Assembly: GCA_017397825.1 (NCBI GenBank) | Contig: JAFQHT010000145.1 | Location: forward strand, 1,024 to 65,023 | Reading direction: 5' to 3' | From: Bacillota bacterium | GTDB taxonomy: Bacteria; Bacillota; Clostridia; Peptostreptococcales; Anaerovoracaceae | Length of the DNA stretch: 64,000 bases | Shown here: positions 17,986 through 24,874 of the stretch, piece after piece | How the letters are laid out: each line of letters starts with the position of its first letter | Numbering within the stretch: the stretch's first letter is position 1 | Program-made: the position numbers and the translations under genes | Notes under the pieces: generated by a model | What the model saw: only the letters and a program-made list of their open reading frames with translations | The model's database searches: none | Told to the model about the DNA's origin: nothing

Positions 17986-18220
17986 CAAAAACAACAAAAA
18001 ACACCTGTATCATTCCCCGTGATACTGTGCCTTCGCTTTTCCACTTTCATGCATGTTTTCTGACTTGTGCGTCATCGCGTTCTCCGTCTTCTCAAAATAC
18101 TACAGGTTCCTGCTCATATTTCAATGACATAATGGAGAAAACTCTTCACCTACAGCGGCGGGTGCCGTACCGGACTTCGACCGGATTCCATCTTAGCCCC
18201 AGGCTTCCGTCGCCCAGGGA
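17986..18220 (-). promoter_or_regulatory. Probable cobalamin riboswitch (short form lacking the peripheral extension) with terminator
   Basis: Minus-strand core TAAGATGGAATCCGGTCGAAGTCCGGTACGGCACCCGCCGCTGTAGG. Then ATTATGTCATTG and a degenerate B12 box, GAGCAGGAACCTGT. Hairpin at 18002-18029 followed by TTTTTTGTTGTTTTT. Confidence 0.55.
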
Positions 18221-18280
18221 ACATAAAAGCTCTATTTAATTGTATATTTTGCTTTCCATTACGATTTCACAGCCTGTCAG

Positions 18281-18304
18281 TCCGAGAAAGTATACTTCCC
18301 CGGA
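18281..18304. promoter_or_regulatory. 24-bp imperfect palindrome, copy 1 (candidate operator)
   Basis: TCCGAGAAAGTATACTTCCCCGGA, centred on the perfect palindrome AAGTATACTT. Confidence 0.4.
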
Positions 18305-18405
18305 TGCTTACAAACCACTTAAATCGTACATATTCTATCATCAAATATTCAGAAAATCAACTGTTTTCGTGCAGATTTTGAATAAAAATTATCTCAGGAG
18401 AACGG

Positions 18406-18429
18406 TCCGGGAAAGTATACTTTTCCGGA
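18406..18429. promoter_or_regulatory. 24-bp imperfect palindrome, copy 2 (candidate operator)
   Basis: TCCGGGAAAGTATACTTTTCCGGA. It matches copy 1 at 21 of 24 positions and lies 125 bp away. Confidence 0.4.
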
Positions 18430-18543
18430 CTTTTTGGTTTTTGTTGGAATTTCAAGGTTTTAGGTGATTTACGATACTTCAAAGTTGCTCATTATTTATG
18501 TTCCCGTTATCGGGCATACTATATCCGGGAGGTGATTTGAATT

Positions 18544-18663
18544 ATGAATAAAGACATTGCCAAGCTCAGTCCTGCTGATATTGCAGCCATTTCTGATACA
18601 GAACAGAAGCTGAATAAGAACCGGGATACCAAGATTGCATTAGTTGCCTATAACACGAAGTAA
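18544..18663 (+). CDS. Hypothetical 39-aa protein
   Basis: Hand-translated: MNKDIAKLSPADIAAISDTEQKLNKNRDTKIALVAYNTK. GGGAGG RBS 8 nt upstream and a terminator immediately downstream. Confidence 0.3.
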   Translation: MNKDIAKLSPADIAAISDTEQKLNKNRDTKIALVAYNTK

Positions 18664-18665
18664 TT

Positions 18666-18711
18666 AAAAAACGCAAATGAAACGTATTTTTACGAATCAT
18701 TTGCGTTTTGA
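18666..18711. terminator. Bidirectional terminator hairpin between convergent genes
   Basis: AACGCAAATGA / TCATTTGCGTT 11-bp arms, flanked by A-runs and T-runs. Confidence 0.6.
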
Positions 18712-18712
18712 T

Positions 18713-19261
18713 TTATTTCTTGTCATTATGAAAAGCCAACATGCCGAACAGGTAAAGATGCTCCGACGACCATGCCAGTTCCAGACCGCAGCGTTCCGCC
18801 AGCTTAGCCACATCGATACAGTAGGCAGACATACAGCTGATTCTCTGGTCCGGATGACGGCAAGGAAGATTTTGACGGCGCAGGCAAGGCTCGCACAGCG
18901 GACAGCCGTTGTAACCGGAACAGAATCCATAATATCCCTGTTTCTCCATTTCGGCCTTCAACCGGAGCACCATCTGATTATGAGCTTTTTTAGCCTTCTG
19001 CACGGTTTCCTTGTCTTCATATCCTGCAATATCCCAAATTGTCTGAACGATCAGAACCCGTTCTTCTGCCAGAATGTTCTGCCGAAGAGCTTCGACCGGG
19101 CCGCAGTCTGGCGGGCAGGAATAATTGGCATTGTAATTGCCGCAGAGGTTCTGCTCACAGTAAACACGAAATTTCGCGTCCACCGGAACGTCTTCCGGCT
19201 TTATCAAAGCCGCACGGAAGCCATGTGCCTCCGCCATGAGAAGGAGTTCTTTTTCAGTCAT
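18713..19261 (-). CDS. DUF2284-type predicted metal-binding (Cys-rich) protein
   Basis: Cys clusters (YCEQNLCGNY..YSCPPDCG; CPLCEPCLRR..PCRHP). Family name recalled from memory. Confidence 0.6.
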   Translation of the reverse strand: MTEKELLLMAEAHGFRAALIKPEDVPVDAKFRVYCEQNLCGNYNANYSCPPDCGPVEALRQNILAEERVLIVQTIWDIAGYEDKETVQKAKKAHNQMVLRLKAEMEKQGYYGFCSGYNGCPLCEPCLRRQNLPCRHPDQRISCMSAYCIDVAKLAERCGLELAWSSEHLYLFGMLAFHNDKK

Positions 19262-19267
19262 AGATGA

Positions 19268-19696
19268 TTACACCTCTTGATTACTTTGACATTCCGCCTT
19301 CCAGCAGAGTTTGTAAAGTGATTTGTTTGTTTTGCCTGCTGGCTGCAGAACGCCCACATCACATAACTTCTGCAAGTAGCGCCATGCGGTAGCCGAAGAT
19401 TTACCTGTCAATTCTACAACTGTTTGAGTCTTGATTTCTTCGTGCTCTTCTAAATATTCAATAATATTATAAAGTTTTTTATACTCACTTTCTTTCAAAA
19501 CTTCTTTCAAAACTTCTTTCATTTTTTCATTTTTTTGAATTAAGTTTGAATCGTCATTTAGAAATCCTTCATGGATAAACAGTCTTGAAATAAAATAGGT
19601 TCTACCCTCATCGGTTTCAAATTCCGGTTTTGGAGAGCCATTCGCTTCCAAAGCATCAAGGATTTTCTTAAATCCGGTATTTCTGCCTTCTGTCAA
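19268..19696 (-). pseudogene. 5'-truncated remnant of an AlbA_2/HATPase_c_4-type regulator gene (C-terminal part plus wHTH only)
   Basis: It begins mid-domain (TEGRNTGFKKILDALEANGSPKPEFETDEGRTYF), whereas the full-length neighbour is 480 aa. It is flanked by a 25-bp direct duplication. Confidence 0.6.
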
Positions 19697-19796
19697 ATGA
19701 AGTTCTTTCAGAAAATCTCCAACAGCAGAAGGAGTTCTTTTTCAGTCATAGTTAGTTACCTCGGTAGTTTGTACGGCAGTGGTGCTATTTTGTCTT

Positions 19797-21239
19797 TTAA
19801 TTCACGCTTACCATTTCTGATTTGGTCTTAAAGTAAACTGCCCTTCCAATCTTGCTCTTTTCCAGATACCCCTGTTCTTCCAGATTTCCAAGTATCTGTT
19901 TTCTTAAATATGATGAATCGCTGATGCCTAAAAAGTCTGCAATTTCAGATACTTTATGTGCCTGATAATAACAGAATGAAAGCACTTTATCATCATAAAC
20001 AGTCCCAGCACTCGGCGGAACAAATGTAAGAACAGGCAGATTGCTGTCTTCCACACCATCCATATAAGTCAGATCCGGAAGTACTAATGTAAAATGATCT
20101 GATGATGAGAAAATATATGGTTTATGATTATCGTCTGCATGTCTATACTCTTCCATTATCTTATCGAAACCTGTACCCGCAGCTTCCATCACTTTGCAGT
20201 TTACAAGAACTTCAGCAATCAGGCTGTTTCTTCTTTTTGAAATAATGCCGGATAAGTCATAAGTCTTTCCGATTTTTTCACCTCTGTAAAAGCTGCCCGG
20301 GGATGATATTTCGAGTCGGTCTTTAAACATATCCAGCTGAATCTGGGTGCCATCCAGAAAATAGTCCCGATGTGCTACAGCATTGATAATTCCCTCAAAA
20401 AGTGCTCGCTGCGGATATGCATCAATTTCTCTTCTGCCATCTCCCATTTTAACCATGGAATGATTCATTCGCTGTGTCACGAATTCCATCATATAGTTAA
20501 TTGTCGCTATCAGATTGCCCTGAAAGCGGTTGATTGTCACAATACGTTCACTGCCTTTGTTAAAGCCGGAAAACAGTGAGCATTGAATTTCTGTCTTTTT
20601 ATCATTGTAATTATCCGAGAACAATATCGCCCCATTGGCAAGCATTCCATTTTCATCGAAAAATCCCATCGACTGAAGAGCTTTTTCGGTCAGAACTTTC
20701 CCGCCATTATGCTTTGCATAAAATTCTTTAAGCACATTGAAGTCCGAAGAATTATATTGAACATCAGAAGCGAGAATATCGTATTGAGTGTTCTTACTTT
20801 TTACACTCATTTCTATGATTTCCTCATAGGTTGCACCATTGGTGAATCCATCTCTGCGCATAAATATGGATGGTATATTCTTGTACTTAACAATAACCGG
20901 CTTAATCACAGAGTCCTGAACATGGACGCATATAATAAACCTTTCCTGTTCTTTTACCTCATACCGAAGAAAGGAAATGCTCATCTGCGGTCTTGGTACC
21001 AGATGTTCATTCACCTGATTATTAAAATAATTGCGTTCATTATCAGCTGCAACCCGGTCAAATCCGATCAGTTTGTTTGTCTTGTCTTCTACACCGATAT
21101 AAAAATCGCCGCCACTGGCGTTAGCAAAGCCTGCTATGGTTTTTAACCACCCAATTACATCTTCCCGATTCAGCCTGCTTTTACATTCAAAGCGGTCGCT
21201 TTCCATTTGTATATCTTCAATAAGTTCTTCCAGATACAT
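19797..21239 (-). CDS. AlbA_2 (Schlafen-like divergent AAA) / HATPase_c_4 / winged-helix putative regulator
   Basis: N-terminal ESDRFECKSRLNREDVIGWLKTIAGFANASGGDFYIGVED. Central ...AVAHRDY...SPGS. C-terminal HTH (VSEIADFLGISDSSYLRKQILGNLEEQGYL). Confidence 0.7.
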   Translation of the reverse strand: MYLEELIEDIQMESDRFECKSRLNREDVIGWLKTIAGFANASGGDFYIGVEDKTNKLIGFDRVAADNERNYFNNQVNEHLVPRPQMSISFLRYEVKEQERFIICVHVQDSVIKPVIVKYKNIPSIFMRRDGFTNGATYEEIIEMSVKSKNTQYDILASDVQYNSSDFNVLKEFYAKHNGGKVLTEKALQSMGFFDENGMLANGAILFSDNYNDKKTEIQCSLFSGFNKGSERIVTINRFQGNLIATINYMMEFVTQRMNHSMVKMGDGRREIDAYPQRALFEGIINAVAHRDYFLDGTQIQLDMFKDRLEISSPGSFYRGEKIGKTYDLSGIISKRRNSLIAEVLVNCKVMEAAGTGFDKIMEEYRHADDNHKPYIFSSSDHFTLVLPDLTYMDGVEDSNLPVLTFVPPSAGTVYDDKVLSFCYYQAHKVSEIADFLGISDSSYLRKQILGNLEEQGYLEKSKIGRAVYFKTKSEMVSVN

Positions 21240-21256
21240 ATCGCCCCTCCATCTTA

Positions 21257-21341
21257 CTTCAAGTTTATTTCATTTTACTTCAAAGTCACTTCAAAGTCAA
21301 CTTCAAGTTCGCTTCAAACAAACTTCAATAATAATTGAAGT
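21257..21341. repeat. Array of six direct CTTCAA repeats at 11-12 bp phasing (one 21-bp gap), ending in the palindrome ACTTCAAT-AATA-ATTGAAGT
   Basis: CTTCAA starts at 21257, 21278, 21289, 21301, 21312 and 21323. The inverted copy TTGAAG is at 21335-21340. Confidence 0.7.
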
Positions 21342-21451
21342 TCATGTCATTATTATATACTGTTTTCTGTAACTTACCCCTTACCATTCTCCTATTGACA
21401 TCTCCCACCACTTGCCATATAATCAATCAAAACTTCCGAAGGAGACAAACT

Positions 21452-21940
21452 ATGAAACCTGTAATTATAGACGAAAACAAAATTTACGCCATTGGATATT
21501 CTTATGCGACTGATTGGAAAAATCTCTGCCGTACCACAGACCGTGCTGCTTACTGGTCCGTCATTGATTTTTCAAATATGGATAAGTCTGCTTATGCCGG
21601 TATTGAGAACAAGTCCGGCATGGAGATTGCCTTCTGGTTATGCCGTGAAACCGGCGATTTTGAAATGAGGTTCTTCTTCGGCGAAAGAGTGGATGCTGTC
21701 GGAGCTGTACCGGAAGGCATGGAGGTGCTGGAAATCCCGGAAGCAAAATACGCTGTTTTCACACTGGATTCCCAGTTCACATCTGCAGATCAGTCAGCTT
21801 ACGTCGAAGCAATTCGTAATCTGTGGCAGTATATCATCGAAGAATGGCTGCCTGGCAGCGGATACCGCCACGATGATGAGAAATGTAATTTCGAAGTGTA
21901 CTCCGGTGATGTAATGCAGATTTATATCCCTATTTGCTGA
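21452..21940 (+). CDS. GyrI-like / AraC-effector-binding-domain small-molecule-binding protein
   Basis: Start at MKPVIIDENKIYAIGYSY with a GGAG RBS. About 160 aa. The motif pattern (KYAVFT..., EWLPGSGYRHDD...FEVY) is typical of GyrI-like domains. Confidence 0.55.
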   Translation: MKPVIIDENKIYAIGYSYATDWKNLCRTTDRAAYWSVIDFSNMDKSAYAGIENKSGMEIAFWLCRETGDFEMRFFFGERVDAVGAVPEGMEVLEIPEAKYAVFTLDSQFTSADQSAYVEAIRNLWQYIIEEWLPGSGYRHDDEKCNFEVYSGDVMQIYIPIC

Positions 21941-22548
21941 TTACTTTCCTTCAGCCGCTGATAGAAAGTGCTTCTGCTGACTCCGCTCAGCTTTACAGCT
22001 TCAGCTGCTGTAATCTTTTTCTGTTTATATAGTTTTATGGCCCGGACAAGTTCCGGGCTTTTGATTTTCTCCCTGCCGAAGTGTACACCCCTGGCAAGAG
22101 CCGCATCGATGCCCTCACGCTGGTTCTTGCGGATTTTGCTCCGTTCATTCTCGGCGACAAAGGACAGCACCTGCAGCACCAGGTCGGCGATGAAGGTGCC
22201 AATCAGGTCTTTGCTGATGGTTGTATCAAGAAGGGGCATATCCAGTACCCGGATGTCTGCACCGATTTCCTTGGTAATGCGCTGCCACTGCTGCAGGATT
22301 TCTTCGTAGTTTCTGCCAAGACGATCGATGCTTTCGACCACCACCAGGTCATCCTTCTTCAGTTTCTTCATCAGGCGGTTGTAATGGGTCCGGTCAAAAT
22401 CCTTTCCCGACTGTTTATCGATAAAAAGATTTTTCCGGCTGATGCCCTGCTGGAGCATGGCGATAATCTGTCGTGCTTCGTTCTGGTCCTTGCTGGATAC
22501 GCGGATGTAGCCGTAAACCTGCGGACCGGGCTGTATTCTTCTGCTCAT
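21922..22548 (-). CDS. Small serine recombinase (resolvase/invertase type)
   Basis: YGYIRVSSKDQNEARQ catalytic serine motif, DLVVVESIDRLGRN, and a C-terminal HTH (LSGVSRSTFYQRLK). The GGAG RBS favours the ATG at 22548. Confidence 0.85.
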   Translation of the reverse strand: MSRRIQPGPQVYGYIRVSSKDQNEARQIIAMLQQGISRKNLFIDKQSGKDFDRTHYNRLMKKLKKDDLVVVESIDRLGRNYEEILQQWQRITKEIGADIRVLDMPLLDTTISKDLIGTFIADLVLQVLSFVAENERSKIRKNQREGIDAALARGVHFGREKIKSPELVRAIKLYKQKKITAAEAVKLSGVSRSTFYQRLKESNQQIGI

Positions 22549-22605
22549 GTATATCATTCTCCTTCTACGATTTCATCTCAGGAGAACGCTGCTGCGAATT
22601 GAGCC

Positions 22606-22636
22606 AAAAGAAAAGAAGCCCGGCTCTCCAGGCTTC
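22606..22636 (-). terminator. Rho-independent terminator after the 99-aa gene
   Basis: GAAGCCTGG-AGAG-CCGGGCTTC followed by TTTTCTTTT on the minus strand. Confidence 0.7.
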
Positions 22637-22680
22637 CCTTCCACTAATATTAACTATGGAAAACAAAAAGTAACATTTTT

Positions 22681-22980
22681 CTATTCTTCTTCCGGCATAG
22701 GCCAGTACAGGCAGTAGGCCGGGTACATTTCACCGATGTACACCCACACCGTTTCCCCCATATCGATGTGTTTCTTAAAGGTAAGATCCGGGATAAATAT
22801 CTTCAGTGCGGACCGCTTCTTTCCGATGAGAACCACCCCTTCTGCTGTCGGATTCTGTCGGAATTCCTCGATTTTTTCTCTCAGCCCTGCGATTCCGGTT
22901 TCCTTTCCGAAATTATCCGCAAAATCATCAATCGGCACGTATGCCACATTGTCCGGGTTTTCAAACCATTCTACTCTCAT
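22681..22980 (-). CDS. Hypothetical 99-aa acidic cytoplasmic protein (target of the riboswitch)
   Basis: MRVEWFENPDNVAYVPIDDFADNFGKE... with a GGAGG RBS. It is bracketed by the riboswitch leader and its own terminator. No family recognised. Confidence 0.6.
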   Translation of the reverse strand: MRVEWFENPDNVAYVPIDDFADNFGKETGIAGLREKIEEFRQNPTAEGVVLIGKKRSALKIFIPDLTFKKHIDMGETVWVYIGEMYPAYCLYWPMPEEE

Positions 22981-23086
22981 AGTGATACCTCCATGTATTG
23001 AAATTTTTTGTTTGGGTCTTGCAGGAGATGGGGCGAAGCTGCACACGGCACCCACGCCCCAAAATGAATGAAAAGAACAATTGCAA

Positions 23087-23393
23087 TATAAAAAGCCTGA
23101 TAGCCACTTGGGTCATCAGGTCCTGCAATCCTTTCCTGTTTCAATAAAAAAGCTGCGGCCCTGCCACAGCTGATAATCATTGATAGAAGAAAATCCTCAC
23201 CCTAATTACCCGTAGTGTGCTTCGATAGTTATGGACTCATGCAGGTCTCCTGGCTCGGACGTCTTCGCACCTTCCGTCTTCCCAGTCTTTCGACCAGTGA
23301 CATAAATGAAAGGCACTCTTTCCTTACAGTGGCGGGACCGCACAGGACTTTAACCTGTTTCCCTATTAACCGGCGTGCAGCCGGACATGAATC
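23087..23393 (-). promoter_or_regulatory. Cobalamin riboswitch (aptamer ~23233-23393) with two tandem terminator hairpins in the expression platform
   Basis: Minus strand: GGTTAATAGGGAAACAGGTTAAAGTCCTGTGCGGTCCCGCCACTGTAAGG ... GTCACTGG...CTGGGAAGACGG ... B12 box GAGCCAGGAGACCTGC. Terminators at 23146-23170 (GCTGTGGC/GCCGCAGC then TTTTTT) and 23087-23121. Confidence 0.85.
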
Positions 23394-23414
23394 GGATATT
23401 CAGTTTATATGGGG

Positions 23415-23443
23415 AGTATAACACAGCTGCAGGCAGAATGTAA
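23415..23443 (-). promoter_or_regulatory. Sigma-A-type promoter for the riboswitch leader
   Basis: TTACAT, a 17-nt spacer, then TATACT on the minus strand, about 20 nt upstream of the aptamer. Confidence 0.5.
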
Positions 23444-23461
23444 CCCCCAATTTGAAAAATA

Positions 23462-23502
23462 TAAAAAAGAAGGAGAGCATTGTAATATTGATATGCTCTC
23501 CT
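23462..23502 (-). terminator. Rho-independent terminator after the HU gene
   Basis: AGGAGAGCAT / ATGCTCTCCT stem followed by TTCTTTTTT on the minus strand. Confidence 0.7.
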
Positions 23503-23512
23503 GAGTGTTTAA

Positions 23513-23791
23513 CTATTTATTTACGGCATCCTTTAATGCCTTGCCAGCCTTGAATACGGGAGCTTTAGAAGCAGCAATCTTAACCACTTCTTCTGGATTC
23601 CTTGGATTTCTGCCTTCTCTTTCTTTTCTTGCCTTTACTTCAAAAGTACCGAAACCAATCACCTGTACCTTATCACCAGCTGCTAAAGTTTCTTCAATAG
23701 TCGCTACGAATGCGTTCAGTGCCGCTTCTGCGTTCTTCTTGGTTACTCCAGCCTTTTCTGCTACTGCAGTTACCAGTTCTGCCTTGTTCAT
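23513..23791 (-). CDS. hup: HU family DNA-binding protein
   Basis: MNKAELVTAVAEKAGVTKKNAEAALNAF...GFGTFEVKARKEREGRNPRNPEE is a classic HU sequence. Confidence 0.9.
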   Translation of the reverse strand: MNKAELVTAVAEKAGVTKKNAEAALNAFVATIEETLAAGDKVQVIGFGTFEVKARKEREGRNPRNPEEVVKIAASKAPVFKAGKALKDAVNK

Positions 23792-23872
23792 AGTGTTCCT
23801 CCTGTAATTTTTAATACTTGATTATAATTCCTACAGTATTATATCGAAAATCATTGAAATTACAAGTATTAT

Positions 23873-24874
23873 TTATCGAATAATGCCATACCCCATAATC
23901 TGACTGCTGTCTTGCAAATAGTATCTGCTTGCAACCTGGTTGCTGGTATTACCTTCGATGGCATATACCACGCCATGCTTGCACATTTCGACGATACCAA
24001 CATGATCTGCCACTCCATCCTGTTCCCAATCAAAGAAGATCAGTGTTCCCGGTGATGACTTGTAATCAGTCTCTTCTGCTGCAGCAATCCACCTGCCCTG
24101 TTCCCGAAACCAACGAATCCCCTCATTGACTTCGGCGAACTTGGGTACCATGCCGTCCTCTATCAGTCCTGCTTCATCAGCACACCAGGACACGAAACAT
24201 GCACACCAGTCCACCGGCTCTGTAAACCCGTACCACCGCCAGTATTTTTCTCCACCTTCAGTTCCTATTTGAGACTTTGCGATGGAAACCATCAAGGCGG
24301 GCTGTCCTGCCTCCAGATTTCCTTCGCCATCATCAGCCAGAAAGAAGAACATGGAAAGTGTGAACACGAAAAGAACCATAGCCAGAAGCACAACACTGCT
24401 GCTGACTATGGTTTGATTTCGTATTTGGTTCTTAATTCGTTTAATCTGGTAATTTCGCTTTCGCCTACGCTGAAGACGGCGGGTTCTCATAGCAGATTGC
24501 TGAGCTGTGTTCTGCCTGGTTGCTGCTGTCTGTGCAGCCTTCTTTTCCTTCTGTTTCTTCGCCGAAAACTGCATTACTTGTGGTCCTGCAGCCGCAGCAC
24601 TTCCCGATTTTTCAGAGGTTGGTGTAGTATCCTGATTTTCCTTGATTTTCAGCCGTTTCACCGAAAAAGTGACCGCCAAAATGGACCTCTCAGCGACTTT
24701 TTTACCGGTGGTGGAAGTCTTGTACTCCGCATAATTCTGCGGATTCTGGCGGTTTTCGTTTTCTTCGTCGTTCTGATCAGATTTACTCTTGATTCGCATA
24801 TTTTTCAGCATTGGTCGGATATCTTTCATCTTCAGAGGTTTGTCTTCATACTTACCCCTTACCTTAATGTCCAT
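23873..24874 (-). CDS. Conjugation-associated CHAP/NlpC-P60 peptidoglycan hydrolase
   Basis: Basic N-terminus, a TM segment, and a C-terminal Cys/His domain (WCACFVSWCADEAGL ... DHVGIVE ... IEGN). Confidence 0.8.
   Translation of the reverse strand: MDIKVRGKYEDKPLKMKDIRPMLKNMRIKSKSDQNDEENENRQNPQNYAEYKTSTTGKKVAERSILAVTFSVKRLKIKENQDTTPTSEKSGSAAAAGPQVMQFSAKKQKEKKAAQTAATRQNTAQQSAMRTRRLQRRRKRNYQIKRIKNQIRNQTIVSSSVVLLAMVLFVFTLSMFFFLADDGEGNLEAGQPALMVSIAKSQIGTEGGEKYWRWYGFTEPVDWCACFVSWCADEAGLIEDGMVPKFAEVNEGIRWFREQGRWIAAAEETDYKSSPGTLIFFDWEQDGVADHVGIVEMCKHGVVYAIEGNTSNQVASRYYLQDSSQIMGYGIIR

Noticed and set aside
21257-21341. The CTTCAA repeat array considered as a CRISPR array or a replication iteron.
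   Set aside because: The repeat unit is 6 bp with 11-12 bp phasing, far too short for CRISPR. It is not adjacent to the RepA_N gene, so a regulator-binding array is more plausible. No CRISPR array, tRNA or rRNA gene was seen anywhere in the window.
3353-23870. The idea that the left half (recombinase to HU) and the right half (T4SS to RepA) are two separate adjacent elements.
   Set aside because: Only one large integrase is present. The sigma-like and recombinase end and the RepA/ParAB end are the usual two poles of a single Firmicutes ICE, and no housekeeping gene separates them. A nested smaller cassette around the resolvase remains possible and is listed as a finding.
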